Assembly: GCA_965240325.2 (NCBI GenBank)
Contig: OZ251222.1
Location: 3,968,001-4,032,000 of the forward strand
Reading direction: 5' to 3'
DNA: 64,000 bases
DNA from: Rebecca billardiae RCC1528
Taxonomy: Eukaryota > Protista > Haptophyta
Part shown: positions 13,086 to 24,622 of the stretch, in pieces
Position numbering within the stretch: position 1 is the first letter of the stretch
Layout: the number at the start of each line of letters is the position of its first letter
Translations under genes and position numbers: made by a program
The notes under the pieces: generated by a model
What the model was told of the DNA's origin: nothing
Database searches by the model: none
Seen by the model: only the letters and a program-made list of their open reading frames with translations

Positions 13086-14093
13086 GCTCAGCAGCTCGGC
13101 GGCGGAGCGCGGCGCGACCTCGAACCGCCCAGTCGCGCGCAGGTGCGTGAGCGTGGCCTGCACGCACTCGGCGTTGTACGCGCCGAGCGTGGCGGAGAGC
13201 GGCCCGTCGAGCAGCGAGGGCTCGTCGAAGCCCGCCGACTCGAAGAGCGCAAGCAGCCGGTGCCGCAGCTGCCCCTCCCACAGCGCCACCGACACCACGC
13301 GCCCTCCCAGCACCACCTGCGCGAGCCGCGCGCGCGCAGGCGCAGCGCACAGCGCACAGCGCACAGCGGGCGCGGCGCGTGTGAGCGATCGCGGCCCCGG
13401 CGAGGGCCGGCGGCGGCGCGCGCGCGCGCGTCCGCGCGCCCCTTCGCCGCACTCGTGCGATCGGCTTGGGCGCGCGCGCGCTTCCGCGCGCCCCCGTGGC
13501 GCGCGCGCACCTGCAGCGCGGAGCGAATGCACGCGGCGTAGCGCGCCACCTCCACCTCCTCCGACGAGAGCGGCAGCGTGCCGGACGCGGAGAAGGCGGC
13601 TGTGAACGCGTGCGCGGGGGAGAGCGGCTCCGGCCCGGCGGGCGAGCAGTCCGGGAACTCGCCGACCACGTCGATCACGTCTTCGACTGCGCACGCGCCG
13701 GGCAGGGCGCGCAGGGCGGCGCGGCGGCCGTGGCGGCAGGGCGCCGGAGCAGCGCGGAGAGAGGGGGGCGGGCTGAGCTGCGCGCACGCGCGCGTGCCGC
13801 GCGTGCCGCGCGTGCCGCGCGTGCCGCGCGTGCCGCGTGCCGCGTGCCGCGTGCCGCGCGTGCCGCGCGTGCCGCGCGTGCCGCGCGTGCCGCGTGCCGC
13901 GCGCCGCGTGCCGCGCGTGCCGCGTGCGCACACCGGCCTGCCAGAGCTCGTCGACCTCGCGGCAGACGGAGGTGACGGTGGAGGACCAGCCGCCGTCCGA
14001 GCCGCCGCCGCCACCGCCGCCGCCGCCACCGCCGCCGCCACCGCCGCCGCCGCCGCCACCGCCGCCGCCACCGCCCGAGGCCGATGCCATCAG

Positions 14094-14176
<83 letters not shown>

Positions 14177-15282
14177 GCGAGTCGGTGCGGCGAGTGCCAG
14201 CGCCGCCGCCGCCGCCGCCGCCGCCGACGGCCTGGCGTGGCGACGCGCCCTCGCCCGACACGCCGCCGTGCGCGTCCGAGCCCGACCAGCCCCGCGAGTG
14301 CGCGCCCCCCTTGCCGCCCTCGGCGCCGCCGCCGTCCGCGGGCGCGCCGAGCGCCGCCGCCACCGAGCGCGCCGCCTGCAGCACGGCCTGGATCTCGGCG
14401 CCGGAGGCGCAGAGCTCGCCGAGCTGCGCGTCGAGGTCGGCATCGCGCGCGATCTCGAGCGTGACCCCGCCGCTCGACAGCGTCGTCACCGAGGCCGACG
14501 GCCGCGCGGACGAGCCGGCGGCGCCGCCGCCCGCGCCGCCGCCGCCGCGGCCACTGCCGCCACCGGCGCCGCGGCCGCCCGCGGCGGCGGCGGAGCCGTC
14601 CGCGGAGGCGGAGGAGAGCGCGGCGGCGCCGACGGTGGCGCGCAGCGACGAGAGCAGCGCGCTCGTCGCCTCGCCCACCAGCACGCGGCACTCGGCCGAG
14701 CCGATGCCGCCAGCGCCGACGCGGGCGCCCGCCGCGCCGCCCGCCGCGGGCGCCGACGGGTCGGCGGCGCACGAGGCAACGGAGGCGCCGGCTTGGCCGG
14801 CGGCGGAGGCGCTGTCGGGGAGCTGGCCAAGCAGCGTCAGGTCGATCGCGCCCATCCCGCCGCCGCCGCCGCTGCCACCGCCGCCGCCGCCGCGCGCCGC
14901 GCCGCCGCCCTTGCCGGAGCCGGCCGGTGCAGCCGGCCCGGCGCCGTCGCGGCAGCCGGCGGAGGAGAGCTGCACGTTGTGTACGTTCTGTGCGACGCGC
15001 ATCAGCGCCGTCTGGAGCAGGTCTTGTAACTCCGACACACTGCGGTCGGGCAGCTGGGTGCCGCCTGCTCGCGCGCACGCGCGCGGCGTGCCGGGGCGCG
15101 CGCGGCGCGTGAGTGAGGGCCAAGAGCGCGCGCGCGCCGCGCGTGGCACGCTCGGGCGAGCGGCCGCGGCGCACGCGCGCGCGGGGAGGCGAGGCGCGGC
15201 GAGACGGGCCGCCCGGCCCGCCCAGCCGCGCGCGCGCGCGGCGCGGCACGCCGCCGGCGCGCGCACCCTCCCTGCGCGACAT
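3836..15282 (-). CDS. Giant (~3300 aa) 9-exon protein of unknown function: helical central region, basic coiled coil, poly-Asp tract, Gln/Pro/Gly-rich disordered C-terminus
   Basis: Phase-consistent GT-AG model: exons 15282-15267, 15064-13934, 13686-13511, 13316-12123, 11953-11404, 11205-8633, 8463-7826, 7666-7552, then 7411-3836 with a further in-frame intron at 4977-4819 (10 segments if that intron is spliced). The model joins track ORFs 11481..15266, 13088..14071, 3836..11995, 7822..8592 and 7456..7707. Confidence 0.75.
13789..13927. repeat. Intronic 9-bp minisatellite (GCGTGCCGC)n with 7-bp variants
   Basis: About 15 tandem units inside the 13687-13933 intron of the giant gene. Confidence 0.9.
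14001..14175. repeat. (GCC)n trinucleotide tracts encoding poly-Gly
   Basis: Two long CCG/CCA runs within exon 2 of the minus-strand gene. Confidence 0.9.
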
Positions 15283-15499
15283 GGTCTGCACCTCGCGCGC
15301 GATCAGGCCAGCATGCCGGGGGCCCCGCCTCCGCTGGCTCCGCCGCACCGAGCTCCTCCGAGGTGCGCCGATCCGGGCGGCGGCACACTCTTTCTTTTGG
15401 CCCGCCAAGCCGGGCAAGGCGGAGTCCGGCGCGGCCGCACGCGCGACGGCCGGAGTACGCCACGGGACGGGCCCCAGCCCAGGGCACGCGACGGCCAGC
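15283..15499. promoter_or_regulatory. Putative bidirectional promoter (giant gene / WDR75)
   Basis: 217 bp between divergent ATGs, with a central T-rich patch TCTTTCTTTT at ~15388-15398. Confidence 0.55.
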
Positions 15500-18400
15500 A
15501 TGTCGGTCGTGTCGGTGCGACGCCGCCGTGCGGCCGCAGCGCGCGCGCATGCAACGCGCGCGCGCACCACGCGCACGCCCATCCGCGCGCACCGCCCCGC
15601 GCGTGCGGCCGCGCCTCTCCCGCGCGCGCGGCTGACGGCCGCGCGCCGCGCGCTCGCTGCGCCCGCATCCGTGCGCTCTCGCGCGCGCGCGCGCAGGTGG
15701 CGGGCGGCGACCTGAGCTCGCGCGCCGCGACCTTCTCGGCGGACGGCTCGCTCTTCCTCTGCTGCTCCTCCGCGCACGTCAAGGTCTTCTCCTCGCGCAC
15801 CGGCGAGGAGCTCACGACCCTCTCGGGGCACCGCGCGGACGTGACGGCCGTGCTGCCGTCGCCCGCGTCGTCGCAGCAGGCGCTGACCGCGTCGATGGAC
15901 GGCTCGATCGGCGTGTGGGACCTGTCCGACGGCGCGATGCTCCAGCGCTTCGAGCTGCGCGCCCCCGTCCTCGGCCTCGCCCTCCACCCCTCGCGCCCGG
16001 AGACGCCGATCGCCCTCCTCGAGGACTCGGCGGCGGAGGGCGAGGAGGGGTGCACCAAGGGCAGGCTGCGCAGGCTCGAGCTGGGCGTGAAGGGCGGGCG
16101 GCTGGTCAGCGCGTGCGTGGCGCGCTCGCACGCGGAGGGCAAGGCCGCCAAGCGCAAGCCCGGAAAGGCGCCCGGCCTCGTCAAGAAGATCGCGCTCGGC
16201 GCGCCGTTCGCGGCGGCGGCGGTCGGCGGCGGCGCCGAGCGCGCGGGCGGCGGCGCGCAGCTGTGCGTGGCGGTGCGCGCGGGCGGCGCGCGGGAGAACG
16301 AGCTGCGCATCTCCAACCTGGACACGCCCGAGGCGACCGCGCTCACCCTCGCCGAGCGCATCACCTGCGTCGCCGCCCACCCCACTCAGCTCGTGCTCGC
16401 GGCCGGCGACAGCGCGGGCCGAGTGACTGTCATCTACGCGGCCGCGGCCGCGGAGGGTGGCGGCGGCGGCGGCGGCGCGCGCACGCTGAGCGCCGAGCCG
16501 GCGACGACGGTGCTGCACTGGCACTCGAGCGCGGTGTGCGCCCTCTGCTTCACCCCCGACGGCCACTGCCTCCTCTCGGGCGGCGGCGAGGGCGCGCTGG
16601 TCGTGTGGCGACTGCACGCGGGCAAGGCGGAGCGCCAGGTCGTGCCGCGCACGGGCGCGCCGATCTGCGCGCTGAGCTGCTCGGCGGACGGGCAGCTGTG
16701 GGCGCTGTCCGGCGCGGACAACGCCGTGCGCATCTTCTCCGCCACCTCGCTCGCGCCGCTCGCCGTCTCGCGCGGGCTCTCGCGCGCGCCGCCGAGCGTC
16801 GCGGGCGCGCCCGGCGCCGCGCTCGCGCTGAGCGCCGCCAACGGTCTTCTCGCGCTGCCGGTGCACGCGGCGCCGGGCACGGTGCAGCTGTGGAGCACGG
16901 CGCAGGGCAGGCACGCCGCGACGCTGCGCGTCGCGCAGCACAACGTCGGCTCCGCCGCGCCGCCGCACAGCACCACCGCCGCCGAGCGCGCGCGCGCGCC
17001 CGGCGCGCCACCCTCCGCTGCGGTCACGCGCGTGCGCTGCCTCGCGTTCAGCGCAGACGGCCGCCACCTGCTCACGCTGGAGAGCCGGCCGGACGCGGAG
17101 CTCGCGCTGGCGCTCACGCTCAAGTTCTGGGTGCACGCGCCGGGCGGTGGCGGCGCGGACGAGCCGCACGCCGCCGAGCCCCCCGCCGACGGCGGCGGCG
17201 GCTGGGCGCTGCACACGCGCGTCGACGCGCCGCACGAGCGCGAGGTGAGTGCGCTGGTGTGCACGCCTGCGCCCGGCCGGCCGCTCGCGGCGACGGCCTC
17301 GCTCGACGGCACGTTCAGGCTGTGGGCGTACGACGAGGGCGCGCCGGCCGAGCGCGCCGCCGGCCGCCGCGCGCGAGCGCGCAGCACGCCGGCCGACGCG
17401 GCCGACGGCGGCGACGCGGCGGCGGCGGCCGAGGCCGGCGACGGCGCGGCGGCCGCCGCGGCGGCCGCGGCGGCCGGCGGCGGCGGCCGCGGCGGCCAGT
17501 GGGCGTGCCTCGCGGTCGGCGGGTACCGCGGGCTGGGCGTGCACGCCGCCGCGTTCTCCGCCGACGGCACGGTGCTCGCCACGCTCTGCGCCGCCGCCGC
17601 GTGCCTGTGGGACCCGTCCTCGTGCGCGCTGCTGCGCGTGCTCTCGTGCGGCCCGCCTCCTGCTGCCGCGGCGCCGGGCGCGCCGGCCGCGGGCGCGCAG
17701 CAGCGGGGCGCCAGGCTGCACTCGCTGGTGTTCGGGGGCGCGGCGGCGGTGGCGGAGCCGGCGGGCGCGGGCGCGGCGCGCGCGGGCGCGCCGTGGCTCC
17801 TCGCGTACGGCGCCTCCGTCGCCGTCGCGTGGGACCTCGGCAGCAGCCTCCCCTTGCGCCGCTGGGCGGTCAAGGTGCTCGCCGCGTGCGCGCAGCCGGG
17901 CACCGGCGCCGTGCTGCTATGCGCCTCGCTGCCCTCGACGGACGGCGGCGGGGGCGGCGGGGCGCGCGCGGCCGGGGGCCGCGCGCCGCCGCACTGCCCC
18001 GTGCTGCTCTGGCTCTCGCAGCCGGGCGCACACGACGCCGCGCCCTCGCCCGCCGCCGCCGCCACCGCCGCCGTCGACGCGGCGTGCTCGGACGCGGGCG
18101 CGGACGGCGGCACTGACGCGGACGCGGACGGCGGTGCCGCCGCGCCGGACGTGGCGGCACCGGCCGCCCAGCCTCTGCCCTCGCCGCTCGGGCCGCTGCT
18201 GGCGCGCGCGCCCGTGCCCGTGCGCGCGTGGTCGCTGCCCCCGTCGATGCAGCCGCGCGCGCTCGCCTTCGGCGCCTCCGCCGACGCCCCGGTCCTCCTC
18301 CTCAGCCTCGCGGGCGAGCTGTGGTCAGTGGCCGTGCCCGGCCCTGCCCTGCCCGGCGCCCAGCCGCGGCCGCGCGCCCAGGGCGAGGCGGACGGGCACG

Positions 18401-20314
18401 CGGGGGCCGAGGCGGGCGCGGCGGCGGGCGCGCTCGGCGGCGCGCGCGCGCGCGCGCGCTCGAGCACCGCCGCGGCCCTTGCCGCAGCCGGCGCGGGCGG
18501 CGGCGCGCTCGAAGCCACGTTCGGCGCACCGCGCGCGCGCGGCGCGGGCTCGGCGGCGCGCGCGGCCGACGGCGGCGCCGTCCCAGCAGCGCCCTCCGCC
18601 GACACGCCCGCGGGGCTGGGCGCGTGGGTGCGGGCCCACCTGAGCAGCACGCCCACTGCGGCACTGCCATCGCTCACACGGGTGCGCCGCCGCGCGCGAC
18701 CCTCGCACGCGCGCATGCCCGCTCCCTGCCCACCGCCGCCCGGCACACGCGCGCACGCCGCGCCTCAGCCTCACCGCCGCCCGCCCGCGCGCGCGCGCGC
18801 CCGCCCGCGCGCGTCCCGCGCCGCGCCGCGCGATCGCTCCGCGCGCTGCACGCCGCGCGCAGCTCTTCGACTCGTTCGCCAGCACCGCGCTGCTGCCGCT
18901 GGACGGCGGTGGCGACGGCGTGCTCGGCGGCGGTGGCGCCGACGCTGGCGGCGCGGCGCGTGGCAGCGCGGCGCGTGGCGCGGGCGCGGGCGGGGGCGTC
19001 GCGGCGCGCGGCGCGACCGCCGCCGCCGCCGCCGCCGCCGCAGGTGGCGCGCCGCCCGCCGAGGGGCGAGGCGGTGGCGCGGAGGCCACGCCGCCGATGT
19101 GGCCCGAGCGGGAGCCGTCGGGCGGCGGCTGGCGCGCACTGCTGTCATCGCACGGCGCCGCCGCGCCGGGCGCGCCGCCGCCGGCCGCGAGCGTCGCGCT
19201 CGCGAGCGCACACCCGTTCAGCGGCGCGGCCGAGCCTGCTGCGGCCGCGGCGGCGCCGGCCGGCGGCGACGAGCCGCTGCTGCGCGCTCTGGCGGGCTGG
19301 CAGTGGCTGGCGGCGCCGCTGCCGCCCGGCCTGACCGAGCTGCTGCGCGCTGACGCGGAGGCGGACGGCGCGGCGCAGGGGGCCGCGCAGGAGGGCGGCG
19401 CGGCGCAGGACGATGTTCGAATGGCGGAGGCGGCCGAGGCGGGCGCGGAGGCGGCGGAGGCGGCGGAGGCGGCGGAGGCGGGCGCGGAGCGCGCGGCGCG
19501 CGAGGGCGGGCGCGGCAGCGCCGGCCAGCCAGCAGGCTCTGGGCCGCGAGCGCGCGCCGGCCGCGCGCCCGGCGCGCGCGCGCAGGCGGGCGCGGACGCC
19601 GCCGCGCCGCGCGCGCAGGCTGCGGCGGCGCCCGCGCCCAACGGGCGTCACGTCGAGTCGCCCGCACGCAGCGCGGCGGCGGCGGCGGCCGCGCAGCGGC
19701 CCAAGCGCGCGCGGAGCGGCGGCGCGCAGCCCGCCGCGCCCGCGGCTGGCGCCGAGCACGGCGGCGGCGGCGGCGGCTCAGCGGGCGCGAGCGGGGCGGA
19801 GGGAGGCCCGGCGGAGGGAGGCCCGGACGCGCCGCCGCACGAGTCTGAGAGCGCGGAGGAGGGCGAGGGCGCGCTCCCAGCCGCGCGCGTCACGCGCCGG
19901 CGCCGCGCCGCTCCGGCGGCCTCCGCGGGCGCCGACGATGCCGCGAGCGTGACCGACTCGGAGGCGGAGGGCTCGGCGCGACGCAGCGGGCGCCGCGCGC
20001 CGAAGCCGCCTGCCGACGTGGCCGCGAGCGCCGAGCCGGCCGCGGCGCAGCCCGCGGCCGGCTCTCGAAGCGGGAGGCGCACGGCACGGCAGCCGCGCGG
20101 CGCCGGCGCCGGAGCCGCGGCCGCAAAGCAGCTGGCGGCCGCGGCCGAGGCGGAGGGCGAGGCCTCGGCCGGTGCGACGGGCGGGCAGAGTGCCCCCGGG
20201 CAGACGAGCGACGCGCCCGCACCCGCCGCCCCGCGCAGCGCCCGCACGGCGGGAGGGTCGTCGGGACCGTCGCCCCCTCGCACCCGCCGTGCTGGCGCGC
20301 GCCGAGGCGCTTGA
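15500..20314 (+). CDS. WDR75: WD40-repeat protein WDR75 / U3 snoRNA-associated protein 17 (t-UTP complex)
   Basis: Exons 15500-15514, 15697-18681 and 18863-20314 (GT-AG, phase 0). The N-terminus GGDLSSRAATFSADGSLFLCCSSAHVKVFSSRTGE...GHRADVT...ASMDGSIGVWD and the LHWHSSAVCALCFTPDGHCLLSGGGEGALVVW motif match UTP17/WDR75. C-terminal LPSLTRLFDSF is followed by a long disordered tail. Confidence 0.88.
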
Positions 20315-20409
20315 TCCACCCGCTGCCCTCTGCCCCTCTGGCCCCTGGCCTGTGGGCCTGCGGCCTGCGGCCTGCGGGCGGCCTGCGGCTTGGCCGCCTG
20401 GGCGTTCCA

Positions 20410-20575
20410 GAGACCAGACACATTCGATGATTGAACGACAGAGGTAGGACGGCGCAGGTCTCCTCGGATTCGTCGTCGGCAGTGCCCGATCGTCGACACG
20501 AAGTCGGCGTTGGTGGCAGAGCATAGCCTGAACCGCGATCGAATGGCTTGAGCGCGCGCGGCCTTGAGCTGCTGG
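20410..20575 (-). repeat. Dispersed diverged repeat, copy 1 (copy 2 at ~52046-52220, opposite orientation)
   Basis: Shared blocks in the same order: CAGCAGCTCAAG, TGCTCTGCC(A/G)CCAACGCCGACT(T/A)CGTG, TCGACGA(T/G)CGGGCACTGCCG(A/C)CGACGAA, GTCTGGTCT. Confidence 0.65.
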
Positions 20576-21633
20576 CAGCTGGTACCCTGACAGTCCCTGT
20601 GCTGCGCTGCAGTGACGACAGATCTGCTGGACAGCATGCATTTTCAGTCGTCGTTCGCACTATTTGACTCTTGAGCGATCTTGTTGATGATGAGGTGGTT
20701 ACGAGCGGGTACTGCCGAAAATTCGGCATCGTGCTCGTGTTGGCTGCACTGTCTTGGCCTGGATTCTCTCGTCATCAAAGCCGCGGCCCAAACGTGGACG
20801 CACGGCCCTTGGCAGGGCTGCCGACGCCTTGCGTGAGCACGCCCGAGGCGAAGGGTTTGCGAGGTCGGGATTCGACCGAGCGGTGCGCGCGCGGCGCCGC
20901 GCTCTGCGTTCAGCTCGATGCTGCGATGATGAGATGCGTCAAGCGTCCTGCCGAAGCGTGCAGCTCGTGAAGGCAAACAACATGAACATCTAAGGGACTG
21001 AGCAGCCGCGCCACACGGCGACGCGCGGTTCCCATGCGCCGCGCAATGACCCATCCCGCGCCGGCCCCGCGCACGCGCGTGTGTCGTGGACGCAGGCGGC
21101 GGTATGGGTGGAGGCGTCGGGCGCGCGATCATGTGGCATCGCTTGACACGTACATGTCCCCGCGTTTACCTGGCGGGTGGCCCGCCTTGCGCCCCTGGAG
21201 CTCTGAGATCGGCGCCGCAGTCGGAGGGGTGTTGCCAGTGGCAGTGGGCAGCAGATGACGCGTCCGACCGTGCCGCCGTGCAAGCTGCTAGTCAAGCCGT
21301 CCGCATGGGCAGCCTTCTTGCCGGCTTTGGGCTTCGGAGGGTAGCGGCACTAAACACGCGTTTCATAACACACTCTATCATCCTAGTAGCCGTCCAGTTG
21401 CCCGAGGCGCACAAACATGAACGAGCTGCGGCAGCGGCCCCGTGAAGCGGGCCGCCGCGGTTTGTGCCCGCGGGTCGGCTGTCGTCGCCGCGGTGCTGGG
21501 TGCGCGGTGGCGTCGTAGCCGCGCTGGTCGGACGCCCGCGTGCCCGAGCGTCGTGCAACGACCACCACCCGCATGTCTCGTCCGTGTCCGGGTGCGCCAT
21601 CGTCGGAGGGACGCGCAGCAAACCTCGGCGCGC

Positions 21634-22593
21634 TCATCCTACCCGTGCGCGCTTGGTGGCGCCTTCTGCGCCATCGTCGTCGTCCTCCTCCTCCCCTTCC
21701 TCGTCGTCGTCCTCGTCGAGGCCGTCGTCGTCCCCCTCCTCGCCCTCATCGTCGTCATCGTCGTCACCACCCTCGCCCTCCTCCTCACCACCCTCGTCCT
21801 CCTCCCCGAAGTCGTCCTCCTCCCCGTCGCCCTCGGCGTCGTCGTCGCCGCCGTCGTCGTCGCCGCCATCGTCGTCGCCATCCTCCTCGTCCTGCGGCGC
21901 GCCGCGGGGTGGTGGGCCGGCGGAGGGACGCGGGGGCGTGAGGCACGGCGCGGGACGCGGGAGGGCGCGCCGTCGCGCTCGCTGGCGCACCTCCTCGTCG
22001 TCCTCGTCCTCGTCGTCCTCCTCCCCTTCGTCGTCATCGATCTCCTCCTCCTCCACGTCGTCCTCATCCTCGCCCTCCTCGTCATCCTCACCCTCGCCCT
22101 CGTCGTCGAGCTCGTCCTCGAGGTCGACCTCGTGGCCGTCGCGGTTGGCGCCGTCGAGCAGCTTGAGCGCAGGGATCATCTCGAACACCGAATCCCGGTA
22201 GTTGTCCGCCTCAGTCACCGCACAGTTGAACAGGTCGAGCTGCTTCAGGTTTGGCAGCGAGCCGAGTGGCTCGAGATCGTCGAGCGACTGGATGCGGTTC
22301 CCCGAGAGGTTGAGCACGCGGAGGCTGAAGAGACCAGCGTCCTGCAGCGCGTCGAGCCCGCCCGAGATCTTGTTGTCGCTCAGCTCGAGCCGCTTGAGCT
22401 TCGGCAGCGATGGGAAGTTCTCGAGCGACGAGAGCCCGACGTTGTTCAGGCTGAGCGTCTCCAGGTTGGTGAAGTCGCTCAGCTCGTCGCCGGCGAGCTT
22501 CGAGGCGGAGCACTTGTCCAGAATGAGCTCCGTCACCTCCGCGGGCTTCTTTGGCCCTTTTACGCGGGTGATCTCGGCCGCGAGCGACGTCAT
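21634..22593 (-). CDS. ANP32: Acidic leucine-rich nuclear phosphoprotein 32 family protein
   Basis: MTSLAAEI...VTELILDKC start, LRRs (LETLSLNNVGLSSLENFPSLPKLKRLELSDNKI), LRR cap YRDSVFEMIPALKLLDG, D/E-rich tail and C-terminal KRAR NLS. In-frame intron at 21892-21990. Confidence 0.93.
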   Translation of the reverse strand: MTSLAAEITRVKGPKKPAEVTELILDKCSASKLAGDELSDFTNLETLSLNNVGLSSLENFPSLPKLKRLELSDNKISGGLDALQDAGLFSLRVLNLSGNRIQSLDDLEPLGSLPNLKQLDLFNCAVTEADNYRDSVFEMIPALKLLDGANRDGHEVDLEDELDDEGEGEDDEEGEDEDDVEEEEIDDDEGEEDDEDEDDEEVRQRARRRALPRPAPCLTPPRPSAGPPPRGAPQDEEDGDDDGGDDDGGDDDAEGDGEEDDFGEEDEGGEEEGEGGDDDDDDEGEEGDDDGLDEDDDEEGEEEDDDDGAEGATKRARVG

Positions 22594-23086
22594 GTCGCCT
22601 GGGGCCGAGCCGCCGACCGGCCTCGCACGGGTCGCGTGTGGCAGGCAGGTTTGCAGGGTCACAGCAGGTCGTGCAAGCTGCAAGGCCTGGGCGATGCGCT
22701 CCTGGGCGGAGGGCAGGCTCCCCCAGCGCCGGTGCGTGCTCGGGCAGCTCCCTCCCCAAGTCGGCAACGGCCAGAATTCGCGTCGCTGGCGCCGCTCTGA
22801 TTGGTCGATTCGCAATATTGAACGTTCCCAAACCCCAACAAATCCGGGGGCTCCTTGGAGCCCGGACTACCTGAGTACCCAACGCAAATCCGGGACTGCA
22901 GGACCCAGGACTCTCCCGGCTCGGGCAGTCGTTCGGGCACAAGCTCGCTCGTTCCCGGTGCCAGGAGCCCAGGACTGGTGAGCGACAATTTCGAAATTGA
23001 CAAACGGTCATCAAGGCGCGCGCACGGTACGGCGTTTTCATTTTTCAAGCTCACTCTCCGAGCGTGCGTGGTCGTCCCCACGCGCG

Positions 23087-24457
23087 ATGCGCTTTCGGGC
23101 ATCGGCGTACGACGACTGGTTCGGGGTCGAGAAGCGGAAGAAGAAGGCCAAGAAGCCGCCGAAGGAGAACTTCTTCGAGCGCCTCACCGTCGCGCAGCTC
23201 AAGGAGCTGCTGCGCACGGTGAGACGGCCTCTCACGGGCGCGCGCGCCGATCTCATCGCGCGGCTGCTCGCCGACGAGCGCGCCGGTGAGTACGCGGACG
23301 AGGCGCGTGCGAGCACCGCCTACTGCACGCGTGACGGCTGCGTCGGGCTCACCGCGTCGCGCAACGGCTGGTCGATCGAGTCGCTCAAGGATGCGTGCCG
23401 CGCGCGAGCGCTCTCGCCAACCGGGACCAAGTTCGAGCTCATCCTGCGGCTGCTGCGCCACGAGAGCGGCGACGATGCGGGCGGTGCGCCCGGCCGTGGC
23501 GCGAGCCATCAGCCGCGCCGCCGCGCGCCGACGCCGCCGCCGACCGGCCCCGCCAACCTCGACCAGGTCCACGAGCGCGCCACGCGGGCAATCGAGACAC
23601 TGACGCACACGCGCTTCCTCAAGTGGGTGTGCGCCCTCATCGACAAGGAGGCCGTGGAGAACCCGTACGCGCGCGCGCACCCGGTCTTCGCCGCAGAGGT
23701 CGCCGAGGTCGCGTGCGCGCCGATCTTCGAGAGGTCCTGGGACTCCTGGTGGATGAGGGGCTGGGAGGAGTACGAGCCATTCGTCCGTGGGCTGTGCGCG
23801 CGGCTGGTCCAGATCTTCAGAGCGGCGCGCGGCGCGCTCGGCGCCGACGCGCGGGCGCGGCACCACGCGTGGGTGGGCGAGCTGCACGCCCTCGCATACG
23901 GCGTCGATCCGGGGTGGTTCGAGCGAACCCACCTCGCGCTTCGTCCGACGGCCGAGCACGACCCGCCCGAGTGGCATTACGAGCCTGGCGAGCGCGCGCA
24001 CGGCGACGGCGGCAGCGGCAACGATGGCGGCGCCGGCAGCAGTAGCAGAACGGCGGACTGGGGTGCGAGCACGGAGTACGACCATTCAGACGACGGCGTA
24101 GGCTTTGTCGAGCCGCCCAGCTTCTCCCCGCAGCCAAGTGCCCCTGCGCCGGCGGCCGTGCCGTCGAGCAGCGATGCGCAGCCACGATGCCGAGCTGAGC
24201 TCGCACAACTGCCGGTACGCGAGCTGCGCCGCCAGCTGGAGGCGCGCGGCCTGGGGCATGCCGATTGCGTCGAGAAGGGGGAGCTGGTCGAGCGGCTCGA
24301 CAGAGCCGAGCTTGTGCAGCTGCGGGTCAAAGAGTTGCGCTGCCGCCTCGAGGCGTTCGGCGTTGAGCATGCCGACTGCATCGAGAAGTGGGAGCTGGTC
24401 GAGCGGCTCCTTGCCACGCGGCAGGCGGCGCCACTGGGACCAGCAGCGTCAGGATGA
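23087..24457 (+). CDS. Multi-SAP/HeH domain protein
   Basis: Two SAP motifs (LTVAQLKELLRTVRRPLTGARADLIARL; WSIESLKDACRARALSPTGTKFELILRL), two C-terminal SAP-like repeats (LxVxELRxxLEAxGxxHADCxEKxELVERL) and an N-terminal KRKKKAKK NLS. Intronless ORF. Confidence 0.8.
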   Translation: MRFRASAYDDWFGVEKRKKKAKKPPKENFFERLTVAQLKELLRTVRRPLTGARADLIARLLADERAGEYADEARASTAYCTRDGCVGLTASRNGWSIESLKDACRARALSPTGTKFELILRLLRHESGDDAGGAPGRGASHQPRRRAPTPPPTGPANLDQVHERATRAIETLTHTRFLKWVCALIDKEAVENPYARAHPVFAAEVAEVACAPIFERSWDSWWMRGWEEYEPFVRGLCARLVQIFRAARGALGADARARHHAWVGELHALAYGVDPGWFERTHLALRPTAEHDPPEWHYEPGERAHGDGGSGNDGGAGSSSRTADWGASTEYDHSDDGVGFVEPPSFSPQPSAPAPAAVPSSSDAQPRCRAELAQLPVRELRRQLEARGLGHADCVEKGELVERLDRAELVQLRVKELRCRLEAFGVEHADCIEKWELVERLLATRQAAPLGPAASG

Positions 24458-24470
24458 ACGACATGACATG

Positions 24471-24476
<6 letters not shown>

Positions 24477-24547
<71 letters not shown>
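24477..24547. repeat. (TA)n microsatellite
   Basis: About 35 TA units. Confidence 0.97.
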
Positions 24548-24550
<3 letters not shown>

Positions 24551-24622
24551 CGTCGTATATATTGATAATTACGCGCGACGGCGCTGATTAATTGCTGGCG
24601 GACGATTATATATATATATATA

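Noticed and set aside
3182-13541. Long plus-strand ORFs (691, 1662, 899, 735 aa, etc.) opposite the giant gene
   Set aside because: Arg/Ala/Pro-rich antisense shadows caused by stop-codon scarcity at very high GC. Splice signals and codon bias support the minus strand.
13789-13927. Regular short repeat as a possible CRISPR array
   Set aside because: No unique spacers; it is a simple 9-bp intronic minisatellite in a eukaryotic gene.
13837-15696. N-terminal ~620 aa of the 1838-aa ORF as part of WDR75
   Set aside because: It is the antisense of the neighbouring gene plus promoter and intron. WDR75 similarity begins at 15697, after a 15-nt first exon.
24548-24606. 59-bp spacer between TA tracts with ATCGTC/GACGAT ends as a micro-element
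   Set aside because: A 6-bp inverted repeat is too short to distinguish from chance, and there is no second copy in the window.
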